Origin: Alphaproteobacteria bacterium
Lineage (GTDB): Bacteria > Pseudomonadota > Alphaproteobacteria > Rs-D84
Direction: 5' to 3'
Assembly (NCBI GenBank): GCA_017650945.1
Contig: JAGCDW010000027.1
Span: forward strand, 1-32,041
Length of the DNA stretch: 32,041 bases
Numbering within the stretch: the first letter of the stretch is position 1; each line of letters begins with the position of its first letter. Under the pieces are notes generated by a model. The model was given only the letters and a program-made list of their open reading frames with translations, was not told the DNA's origin and ran no database searches. The position numbers and the translations under genes were made by a program. This document shows positions 18,135-26,573 of this stretch, one piece after another.

Positions 18135-19205
18135 CTAATTCGGCAAAACCCAAAGCCAACAATAACTGGGGTCATTATCGTGTCCTGGTTCATATCCGGC
18201 ACATACCTTTTTATCTTGTTTTGTTTCAACGGCAGTTATCGTTGCAAGGTTGTCACCGTTACTAAGTGTTGTAACATTATTTTCCGTTGTGTATGTTGCG
18301 GCATTCGCAACTGCAAGTGAACCAACATTACCAGCGGTGCCAGTATAAGTCACAACCATGCCTGCGGTGCCTGCTGGAATGGTATTCTGTTTTTTAGCAA
18401 AGGCGAAACCGAGTACCTCTGCCGTGACAAGAGATTGTTTTACTGCGTCTAGGGTTGGCAGTGAATAATCATCAAGATAAATATTATTAGCTATGAATGA
18501 CAAATTGTTATTACTTAACGGGGTAGCTAAAAAAGTGTTTACGGCACCATCCAGATACTCTGTCATATACTCCCCCAATATCCAACGTTCTTGGATTGAA
18601 CCGGCGGTAGAATCATAAGTAAGAACACTGCCATTTGAACCATAATTACCAGCCGCAATTTTATTTTGCTTATTCGATAGTGCGGTGGCAAGGCCCGTGG
18701 CATCAATCAACTTACCCGCGTCCGCCGTCGGCCAATTTCCTGTTGTACCGTCGAACGTGGTGCTGTAATTTCCCGCCGCGGTTGTTTCGGTTGATGTCCA
18801 TGTCAATGCCGTCGGTGTATGCGCGTTAATCGCGGCCATCATTGCACCAACGGTTGGTAACCAATTATCGTTAGTATATCCGCCACTGCCGTTGGAAACA
18901 ACCGCCTTTGCGATACCACGCTCACCCGTTGCCCCAAGTGTATTCGTTGTAACAACGGACCCATCCGCGCTTGCATTATTTGTCGAGTTATAAACATAAG
19001 TACTGGTAGTTGCGGGGATTTTGTCTTGTTTACCACCCACCGTGGTACTTAGCGAGTTAAAATTACTCAGACTGGCATAATTTGCGTCGGTATAGTAGAG
19101 AGATGTAAGAACCTGTTTATCCTCGCTACCGCCATCGCCAAGCGTAGCAAACGCCGATGCACAAAGCATCGTAATCAACGCCGATGTCAAAAATAGCCTT
19201 TTCAA
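18135..19205 (-). CDS. Secreted fibre-like protein with repeated KQ[DN]K motifs
   Basis: TTG start at 19205 after an AAGGAAGGGG RBS gives the signal peptide MKRLFLTSALITMLCASAFA. Four KQ(D/N)(K/T) repeats and a terminal C-x13-CWLW. Confidence 0.75.
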   Translation of the reverse strand: MKRLFLTSALITMLCASAFATLGDGGSEDKQVLTSLYYTDANYASLSNFNSLSTTVGGKQDKIPATTSTYVYNSTNNASADGSVVTTNTLGATGERGIAKAVVSNGSGGYTNDNWLPTVGAMMAAINAHTPTALTWTSTETTAAGNYSTTFDGTTGNWPTADAGKLIDATGLATALSNKQNKIAAGNYGSNGSVLTYDSTAGSIQERWILGEYMTEYLDGAVNTFLATPLSNNNLSFIANNIYLDDYSLPTLDAVKQSLVTAEVLGFAFAKKQNTIPAGTAGMVVTYTGTAGNVGSLAVANAATYTTENNVTTLSNGDNLATITAVETKQDKKVCAGYEPGHDNDPSYCWLWVLPN

Positions 19206-19463
19206 TTCCCCTTCCTTTTTCCAACAACGGTTTCGAAAAAACGCCGAAACCCAATCACAGAAAGACTTTTGCAATGCATTCCAAAGTGTGTTTTATGGAA
19301 TAAACCAAAGCCCAGACCCCCATGTGATTTCATACATGTATAGAATAACCTAAACTATCGAATCGGGTCAAGGACAAAAATTCACATTTTGTATTTTTTT
19401 ACTTTTGTGAACCAATTTTTAACAATAAGGGGGTGCCATGAGTTGTTGAGTGCGATTTAAATC

Positions 19464-19491
19464 TTGATTTTTTATAAATATGTTATATAAT
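19464..19491 (+). promoter_or_regulatory. Putative promoter of the tRNA-Gly/tRNA-Tyr pair
   Basis: TTGATT-16 bp-TATAAT followed by a GC-rich discriminator. Confidence 0.5.
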
Positions 19492-19511
19492 TCGCGTACT
19501 GTGAACTCGTT

Positions 19512-19586
19512 GCGGGCATAGTACAAGGGCTAGTACGCAAGCCTTCCAAGCTTGATATGCGGGTTCGAGTCCCGCTGCCCGCACCA
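19512..19586 (+). tRNA. tRNA-Gly(TCC)
   Basis: Acceptor stem GCGGGCA/TGCCCGC, anticodon arm CAAGC-CTTCCAA-GCTTG, TTCGAGT T-loop and encoded CCA. Confidence 0.96.
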
Positions 19587-19632
19587 CGGATTTTCGTTAT
19601 TGCGCGCAGCGCGCACAATTAAGAAAATCCAG

Positions 19633-19663
19633 TGTCCTGCCATAGCCTTGGCGGAGGCGGACA
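19633..19663. repeat. Short REP-like palindrome in the tRNA spacer
   Basis: TGTCCTGCC-ATAGCCTTGGCGGA-GGCGGACA. Confidence 0.45.
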
Positions 19664-19679
19664 ATGGGCAAAAAGTTCT

Positions 19680-19766
19680 GGGCGTGCGCCGGAGTTGGAG
19701 AGCCGGGGCAGACTGTAAATCTGTTGGCTTAAGCCTGAGGTGGTTCGAATCCACCCACTCCCACCA
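19680..19766 (+). tRNA. tRNA-Tyr(GTA), integration target
   Basis: Anticodon arm GCAGA-CTGTAAA-TCTGT, long variable arm, GGTGG-TTCGAAT-CCACC and CCA. One acceptor-stem mismatch (C4:U69). Confidence 0.93.
19750..19766 (+). repeat. attL core TCCACCCACTCCCACCA
   Basis: 3' end of tRNA-Tyr, identical to 31943-31959. Confidence 0.9.
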
Positions 19767-19778
19767 GTAAATTTACTT

Positions 19779-19812
19779 AGAAAACCAGGCATTTGCGCTG
19801 GTTTTTCTTTTT
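19779..19812 (+). terminator. Element-supplied terminator after tRNA-Tyr
   Basis: AGAAAACCAG-GCATTTGCG-CTGGTTTTTCTTTTT. Confidence 0.65.
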
Positions 19813-19899
19813 GTTTTGCAAATTTCACAAAATTTGAAAACCTTAGAAATCCAACACTTTTTTGCACAGACACTTTCATAAAACCAAAGGATTTTGATT

Positions 19900-21405
19900 A
19901 TGTTTAAAAAGTGTATGGCAAAGTGTTATGCAGGTCCCGACAAAAATTTATATTTGCGCGGAAAAATTTTCTACTATATGATTGAATTACCCAGAGAAAA
20001 TGGAAAAAGGCGGTATTACATCAAATCTCTGCACACAGACAATTATTACGAAGCTCGCGAAAAGGTGAAAGATATGGCAAACAATGTAGATAAAACCCAA
20101 ATAAATAAAACATTTGCTAGATTACGGTTGTTGTTAAGACAATTGACATTTGAACAAAATTCTCGTCCAATCGACTTGAAAACCATGTGTTCCAGCAACT
20201 CTGCAACTACAAAAGTTTATGGTGATATCAATGTGGTAAATGAATTGCTTAAAATCCATGACACATTAAACGAAATAAAAGCCGCAATGTTGACACCCGA
20301 ACAAAAACAAAATTTAAATTTGTTGAATCAAATAGCACCTAAATTAGAAATCTTGGTTGATAATACATTGAATCCGATTACCAGTGTCAAAACAAACGAA
20401 AAATATACTATCGGTGATGTGATAGATAGCATGTTAAAAAAAGCAAAAAATTCACCTGAAGTAAATCTAAGAAAACGGCAATTACTTGAAAAAATGATTG
20501 GTTGGGTTGATTTAAAAACAACAGATAAATACTCAAAATTTTATACGGCGGATGTTATACAAAATATAAATGAAAGGATTGGAAATTTGAACGTCTCTGG
20601 TAGTGTAAAATGTAATTATACACGAGAAATGACAAACTTAATCAAGTTTGCAAATATCTTAGATGCAGATATGTATAAAACCAATTTAATCGAATTGATA
20701 TCTGATTTCAAAAAAACTAAGAACAGCGAACGAAAACCACATTGGCCATTTACAGAATCCGAATTAAAACAGATTTTCTCCACCAAAAATGATTATTTTA
20801 AATCAAGACCAGATGTATTTTGGCATGCACTTATCGGGCTTTTTGTTGGCGCAAGATGTAATGCCGCAGCAACTTTACAATACGGCGATATAATAAACGA
20901 AAACGGAATAGATTGTATAAATTTTCAAAACAACGATAAAACCAAACATTTAAAAAACGATGCAAGTATAAGAATAGTTCCTATTCCAAAACAATTATTA
21001 GATATTGGTTTTGTTGATTGGGTAAACAGACAAAAGCAAAAACTGAATGCAACAGATAAAGCTCATATATTTCCGAAAGCTATAACAAAAAGTGGCGATT
21101 ATGAAGAAAAGTATTCAAGTCGCGGATTTATTAAATACATCAAAGATATCGGTATTACAGCGGCAAATCCGAATAAACGATTGGATTTCCATTCGTTGAG
21201 AAAAAATGCAAATAAACGATATGAAAAACTAGGTGTTCCTGGAACAATTATCAATGATATTATAGGTTGGGAAGGTAGAGACACAAGAGAAAAAGATTAT
21301 TCACAAAATGAATTGGAAGAGTTAAAACCATACACAGACAAAATGAATTACGATTTTCTAAATGATGAATTTGCATATTGGAAAAAGGTAATGAAGGATT
21401 TGTAA
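19900..21405 (+). CDS. Tyrosine recombinase / integrase with an N-terminal DUF6538-like arm-binding domain
   Basis: Catalytic residues: R in VGARCN, K in LKNDAS.R.VPI, FHSLR, IIGW and a distal Y (EKDYS). N-terminal LYLRGKIFYY...KSLHT. Confidence 0.92.
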   Translation: MFKKCMAKCYAGPDKNLYLRGKIFYYMIELPRENGKRRYYIKSLHTDNYYEAREKVKDMANNVDKTQINKTFARLRLLLRQLTFEQNSRPIDLKTMCSSNSATTKVYGDINVVNELLKIHDTLNEIKAAMLTPEQKQNLNLLNQIAPKLEILVDNTLNPITSVKTNEKYTIGDVIDSMLKKAKNSPEVNLRKRQLLEKMIGWVDLKTTDKYSKFYTADVIQNINERIGNLNVSGSVKCNYTREMTNLIKFANILDADMYKTNLIELISDFKKTKNSERKPHWPFTESELKQIFSTKNDYFKSRPDVFWHALIGLFVGARCNAAATLQYGDIINENGIDCINFQNNDKTKHLKNDASIRIVPIPKQLLDIGFVDWVNRQKQKLNATDKAHIFPKAITKSGDYEEKYSSRGFIKYIKDIGITAANPNKRLDFHSLRKNANKRYEKLGVPGTIINDIIGWEGRDTREKDYSQNELEELKPYTDKMNYDFLNDEFAYWKKVMKDL

Positions 21406-21707
21406 TGGAAAAAGATTTTGAACAGTGGTTGAAAGATAATTTTTATTCTTGGGCCACAGCACGAATTTACACGGGGCGGATAAGAAAAGAATATAGACGC
21501 AAGGGATATTCCGATTTGGAATCTTTTGTTCGTGGTGAAATTAATGGGAAAACGGAAATACATGTTCCAAAAAAAGCGATTTCTGCATTCAGAAAATTTG
21601 CTGATTTTTTGGCAGAACATATAAAGGTATATGTAGGGGCAGACATACCATTTTTCAAAAGATTTAAGAAAACATTCGAAGTAAAAGAAGATGTTGGCGG
21701 AATTTAA
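21405..21707 (+). CDS. Small hypothetical protein translationally coupled to the integrase
   Basis: TAATG overlap with the integrase stop. Sequence begins MEKDFEQWLK..ATARIY. Confidence 0.7.
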   Translation: MEKDFEQWLKDNFYSWATARIYTGRIRKEYRRKGYSDLESFVRGEINGKTEIHVPKKAISAFRKFADFLAEHIKVYVGADIPFFKRFKKTFEVKEDVGGI

Positions 21708-21852
21708 AAACGGTTTTTTATTTATAAACCCTGCTACCCCATCCGACAGTATCGGCAACCGGTCCCGCAAATGCCACCAACACTAACCCACCGCACCCCA
21801 TACACCACCGTCCATCTGGTTATAAAATCGCTAACTGCAAATTGAAAAAAAT

Positions 21853-22488
21853 TCAAAGGCCTTTACGCGTGGGACGATTTTTTTCGGTTAGTATTTTCAG
21901 TGTGTCGTTTGTTCCTGTTGTATATCTGCATAGTCTCGATAACGGTTCAACTATCGGTTTCAAATAATTGTATTTCACAGATGGTGATTTATTATCAACC
22001 GTTTTCATATTATCCAAAGTTTCAACCATAAATTGCAACATATCTTGGGCTTTTTTAATACCGCGTTCAGTCAATTTTAATATTTTACGATTTTTCTTGG
22101 TTTTATCTGGAATGATTTCAAACAATATATTTGCTTCGTCGATTTTACCTGTGTTTTTGATATGGCCACCCTTGGTTATTCGTTCAGAACTGTATTTGGC
22201 AACAATGTTTCCGATGGTGCCTATCGGAATACCATATAATTTAGCGATATCGGCCTGACTTATATCGGAATAAAAAAGAACCGCCAATAAAATTTTTAAT
22301 AGATTCATTTCGTTGGTTGTTTTTTCTACATGTCTATGAATACGAAATACCAGCGTATAAATATCGGCCAATAATCTAAATTGGACTTCTTCGCCATATT
22401 CTAATTTATTTTCTTCTTCAATTTGTCTCTGATTTAAATAATCTTGCCAATCTTTGCTGGCCAACCAGCATTTTCCATTCGAAAGCAT
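21853..22488 (-). CDS. MarR-like winged-helix DNA-binding protein
   Basis: ISQADIAKLYGIPIGTIGNIV HTH and a D..KNRKILKLTERG wing. GGGGG RBS before the ATG at 22488. Confidence 0.7.
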   Translation of the reverse strand: MLSNGKCWLASKDWQDYLNQRQIEEENKLEYGEEVQFRLLADIYTLVFRIHRHVEKTTNEMNLLKILLAVLFYSDISQADIAKLYGIPIGTIGNIVAKYSSERITKGGHIKNTGKIDEANILFEIIPDKTKKNRKILKLTERGIKKAQDMLQFMVETLDNMKTVDNKSPSVKYNYLKPIVEPLSRLCRYTTGTNDTLKILTEKNRPTRKGL

Positions 22489-22709
22489 GCGTTTACCCCC
22501 TTTAATATTCCACAATAGAATATTAAAACACCCCTAAAATTAATGCAAATAAAAAATATTTACAAAAAAATTAAAAAATTTTTGCTTTATAACCAATTGT
22601 TTTTAGCGTTTTTTATTTTTTGAATTCACGAATTTTAAATTTTTTTTACGAAAACCCCTTTCAGCAACAGTTCTGAATAAATGTATCGAAAAAAATAAAG
22701 GAGTTTTAA

Positions 22710-24467
22710 ATGATACATTTAAATAGTGGGGTGGAATCTGCCTTGGATAAAATGATTCAAAATCGTAATGCGTTTTTAAATGGTGAGCAACCGTCTAAAA
22801 ATGAAGTTGAAATTGTTCCAGAAATTGTGTGTCCTGCGCTGGTGGATGAAAAATTGCCGAATTTTTTAAATGTGGATGCATCTGTTGCTGTTCCGGATAA
22901 TCCAATTGATTTAAATAATTATATGGCTGTTCAAGAAGGAGCGGGAGAATTAGGAAAAACCTTGTTGAAAAAATTAAAAATACAGGGGAAATGGTATATT
23001 CATGTTTTGCAAAAGACACAAAAACATGCTGAAAATACTTTGGAAGCGGGGTTAAAATTGGGGCAATATCTGAAACAATTACCAACAAAGCAAGGGAAAA
23101 GAACGGATTTGAAACTTCCCGACACTGATGTTGATAAGTGTAAAAATGAAATTTTGGCTGAATTGGGTATAACAGAAAGAGTTTCTTGGGATTTGCAGAA
23201 ATTAACGCCGGAAGCCGTCGAAAAAGCGAAAAAACAAGCGATTAAAGACGGTAAAATTGTAAATCGTGCTATGGCTTTGAAAATTGTTGGTAAACAACAT
23301 TACAAAAGCAACAATGTTCCAGAAGATTTTAAAGGTGAATTTGGAAAAAGGCCTGATTTTAATAGTTTCATCGGTAAACAAGTATTATATTATACACAAT
23401 GTTTCGCCTCCGTGGGTGTTGGCGAAGAAAAATTGGAACAAATAGGTTTGTTTCCGTCAGTTGTTAATGAACTTGAAGAAATTCGGTGTCGTTGGTATCA
23501 GGAACGCCATAAAAATTCTGACATTATCCAAGGTTCCATTGATGACCCAGTGATTTTTGAAAAGATTGTCGCGGCTCATTTAAAACATAAAAACAAGTTG
23601 ATATTGGCCAGCCCAGTTTGTAGAGATTTTTCAATTGCCGGCAAGCGTGATTTTGACAATCCACGCGCCAGATTGATTTTCCCTGTTCTTGAATTGGCGC
23701 GACGGGTTAATGATGTGAACGAATACATATTAATTGAAAATGTTCCTGGATTCTTAACCGCTTCACCAGAAAATTGGCCAGAAGTGAACGGAAAAGAAAA
23801 AATCAATCTCGGCACTTATGTGAAACGGGAACTTGAAAAATTGGGTTATATCGTCAATATCGCTGTTGTTTATGGTTGTGATTATAATACAGCCCAGAAA
23901 AGAAAACGCGCGTTTATTCTTGCTTCTAAAAAAGGTAAATGGCTGTTCCCAGAAAAAGACGAACGGTGGAAAACTTTGATGGAAGTTATCGGGCATTTAC
24001 CATCATTAAACAAGCCTGGTGATACATCTAAATATAAATGGCATGAATTTCCAAAAAGTATGGACGAAGAGACAATCAAAGTTTTGCGCCATACACCAAC
24101 TGGTAGTTCCGCACAAGATAATGAAGAAGAATTTCAACCACGAAAAAAAGACGGTTCAAGAAGCGGGGCTAAATTTCAATCCTATAACATGCGAAATTGT
24201 TGGGGATTACCCGCAGCAACTGTAATGCAACATAATGATAATCCAGGTGGACACAGAACAATACATCCTGGACGACCATTATCAGATGGAACATGGACCG
24301 ACCCACGAACATTCAGTATTCTTGAAATATTGTTAATTACTGGGTTGGATGCAAATTATTTTATTCCAGATTGGGCGGATGAAGAATTAATCCGAAATGT
24401 TCTTGGTGATTGTTTGCTACCAAATGTGAATCTTGCATTGTGTTCAATGATTCCTGGGCGTGAATAA
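22710..24467 (+). CDS. DNA (cytosine-5) methyltransferase with a ~215-aa N-terminal extension; orphan
   Basis: Motif I variant FASVGVGE, NELEE, motif IV variant SPVC, ENVPG, QKRKR and motif X variant LGDCL. AAGGAG RBS. Confidence 0.88.
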   Translation: MIHLNSGVESALDKMIQNRNAFLNGEQPSKNEVEIVPEIVCPALVDEKLPNFLNVDASVAVPDNPIDLNNYMAVQEGAGELGKTLLKKLKIQGKWYIHVLQKTQKHAENTLEAGLKLGQYLKQLPTKQGKRTDLKLPDTDVDKCKNEILAELGITERVSWDLQKLTPEAVEKAKKQAIKDGKIVNRAMALKIVGKQHYKSNNVPEDFKGEFGKRPDFNSFIGKQVLYYTQCFASVGVGEEKLEQIGLFPSVVNELEEIRCRWYQERHKNSDIIQGSIDDPVIFEKIVAAHLKHKNKLILASPVCRDFSIAGKRDFDNPRARLIFPVLELARRVNDVNEYILIENVPGFLTASPENWPEVNGKEKINLGTYVKRELEKLGYIVNIAVVYGCDYNTAQKRKRAFILASKKGKWLFPEKDERWKTLMEVIGHLPSLNKPGDTSKYKWHEFPKSMDEETIKVLRHTPTGSSAQDNEEEFQPRKKDGSRSGAKFQSYNMRNCWGLPAATVMQHNDNPGGHRTIHPGRPLSDGTWTDPRTFSILEILLITGLDANYFIPDWADEELIRNVLGDCLLPNVNLALCSMIPGRE

Positions 24468-24488
24468 TCTCTGGTAATTACAACAATA

Positions 24489-24517
24489 AATCCCGGCTTT
24501 GATACCGGGATTTTTTT
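24489..24517 (+). terminator. Terminator after the methyltransferase
   Basis: AAATCCCGG-CTTTGATA-CCGGGATTTTTTT. Confidence 0.8.
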
Positions 24518-24904
24518 CAAAAAAATAATTCCAACTATGCAACCACCACAAAAAAAGCGGTTCTATAAAAATGTATTTAGTGTGTTGTGGACTTTCTGTA
24601 ATTGTATCAGAAGATAAACATAGACTCAGCATATCGTACATTTTTGTTGGTTGTATCAAATTGGTTTATCAAAGGCGCCTGATTAAATGCGTTGTAGATA
24701 AGTTATTACGATTTATGATTTATGTATGTATTTATTAAATAACCACAACGCAATAACCAATACCGATACAACAAAAGATACCTGAATATAAAGGTTCTAA
24801 TTAATGATAAATCGTGAACAAAGAACAAACCAATTTTTTCCACATCCACAACCACTAGGTTTAAGTATTTGTTCACGATTATTTTTTTATAAAAGGTGGT
24901 TTTA

Positions 24905-25420
24905 ATGACAGATATTTATCAATACGAATATAAAATTTACACAGATGAAGATATGACAGAATTATTAGAAAAATCCGTTATCGATTGGTTATTTGAATTT
25001 GACCCAAACTATTTTATATCAATACAATTTCCAACAACACAGCGAAGTTATAATCTGGAAAAATCAGTTTATCGGTTAAAAGCGGTTATGAAAATCTTTG
25101 AAAAAACATTAAACCCACGACATTGGTATAAGAAACATTTACCGTTTATTGCTTTTGCTGAAAATACATCTGGTATGTGGCATTTCCATTTATTTTTAAA
25201 AAACGATAAATACCCCGAAGAAAAAATATTATCTGGTATGGACATAACGGCAAAGAAATTCGCTTTTTCAGAAGATGTAATTGATATTCAAAAGATAACC
25301 AGAACACCAGAAAAAGCATTTAAATACGGCGGCAAAGAATTAACAGCCGATTCCACAGGTAGATTTGAATCATTTCGGATAATATTGTCTGATGATATGT
25401 TTAACCTTCCACAAAAATAA
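24905..25420 (+). CDS. Small HUH-endonuclease (rolling-circle Rep-like) protein
   Basis: Motifs in Rep order: I FISIQF, II E....WHFHLFL, III YGGK. AAGGTGG RBS. Confidence 0.6.
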   Translation: MTDIYQYEYKIYTDEDMTELLEKSVIDWLFEFDPNYFISIQFPTTQRSYNLEKSVYRLKAVMKIFEKTLNPRHWYKKHLPFIAFAENTSGMWHFHLFLKNDKYPEEKILSGMDITAKKFAFSEDVIDIQKITRTPEKAFKYGGKELTADSTGRFESFRIILSDDMFNLPQK

Positions 25421-25565
25421 CCCATACAATCATATAAACCAGGTGTAGTCGCCCCAATCAGCAACCAGATATAAGTTATAAACCAAATCAAATTGGGGCA
25501 ACCACGCGTCAAATATGGAACAAATGTAAAAAATAACCTGCTAATTCACATCAGCAGGTTTTTAT

Positions 25566-26066
25566 CTATTCGTCGTCGTCAGAATACGGTTCACTGGATG
25601 TTATTAAAACTTGGCCTGTATTTTTATCTTTTACCCTTACAACAGTCCAATCTGAATCTGATGTATCGAATTCAACAGTTATATCTTTATCAGTTTCAAA
25701 TACTGCCATACCATGATATTCTTTAAATCCGTTTGAGTTAGCGTCTATATGTTTTTGTATCGTATCGGTTAATTCACATACACATACCATACCTGAATCT
25801 GCAAAAAAATCGTGTTTTAATACATTTACACCCCAGATTTCATTAGTCCAATCACCATATCCAGTTGAACATGCTTTTGCTTTATAATCGCCACTATATT
25901 TTTGTAATGCAGCGGTTGTTTCATTATCAAATAATTCCCGTTGCATTACATAATCACGATTTTCCATTGCTTTTTTATACGCTGCAGAGTCAAATATTTC
26001 ACAACATTTACTCCAATCGTCATCAGGTATTAAATAACATGGGTCGGTTATAATATATTTACGCAT
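25566..26066 (-). CDS. Hypothetical protein (ITDPCY...TGYGD...DSG family, mobile-element associated)
   Basis: AAGG RBS. Conserved-looking DPCY, T.YGD and ADSGMV motifs. Last gene of a four-gene minus-strand operon. Confidence 0.75.
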   Translation of the reverse strand: MRKYIITDPCYLIPDDDWSKCCEIFDSAAYKKAMENRDYVMQRELFDNETTAALQKYSGDYKAKACSTGYGDWTNEIWGVNVLKHDFFADSGMVCVCELTDTIQKHIDANSNGFKEYHGMAVFETDKDITVEFDTSDSDWTVVRVKDKNTGQVLITSSEPYSDDDE

Positions 26067-26080
26067 ATCGTTTTACCTTT

Positions 26081-26224
26081 TTAGTATGTAATAATCCGGC
26101 CAATTAAAGCGACATTATTATCTTCTAGGTTTCGTAATGCTGCTTTTGCTTGGTCATAGTTAAAGTAAATTTCCGGTAAAAGAATTCCGTTTGCTTCTAT
26201 TTTGAAATATGTGCAATTTGGCAT
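26081..26224 (-). CDS. 47-aa hypothetical protein missed by the ORF track
   Basis: AAGGA RBS, MPNCTYFKIEANGILLPEIYFNYDQAKAALRNLEDNNVALIGRIITY*. It fills the gap in the operon. Confidence 0.65.
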   Translation of the reverse strand: MPNCTYFKIEANGILLPEIYFNYDQAKAALRNLEDNNVALIGRIITY

Positions 26225-26240
26225 GTTAAATCCTTTTTGT

Positions 26241-26573
26241 TTAATATTCATCTGCACGCATAATGGTTAAAACCCGAATAGTGATATTTTCGTCCGCTGG
26301 ATTATCTGAGCCGGCATCCATTGTTTCGTTATAGTAGTCAATTTTCCAAAAATAGTTTTTTCCGTTATGCTCGATACGCGAAAAATCTCTTTCTCCGTAT
26401 GGATTATTATCTTCATTAAAGTCATTAAATTTTTGAACTTTATCTAACAGACGAGCTTGTTCGAGATACGGTAAAGAACTCACACCCACAGATATGAATA
26501 CCTGATTTTTACCGGGTGTGAATAAGTTCTTTCTCAGTTTATCGTTTAATTCTGCAATTTTATTCGTATTCAT
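26241..26573 (-). CDS. DUF3768 domain protein
   Basis: IAELNDKLR, F..DNNPYGERDF, FWKIDYY and RVLTIMRADEY signature. Confidence 0.88.
   Translation of the reverse strand: MNTNKIAELNDKLRKNLFTPGKNQVFISVGVSSLPYLEQARLLDKVQKFNDFNEDNNPYGERDFSRIEHNGKNYFWKIDYYNETMDAGSDNPADENITIRVLTIMRADEY

Noticed and set aside
19530-19879. ORFs 19530..19754, 19552..19770 and 19619..19879
   Set aside because: They overlap the two tRNA genes and are spurious translations.
21853-25420. Complete type II restriction-modification system
   Set aside because: The methylase's neighbours look like a wHTH regulator and an HUH protein. No PD-(D/E)xK, HNH or GIY-YIG nuclease was recognised, though a divergent one cannot be fully excluded.
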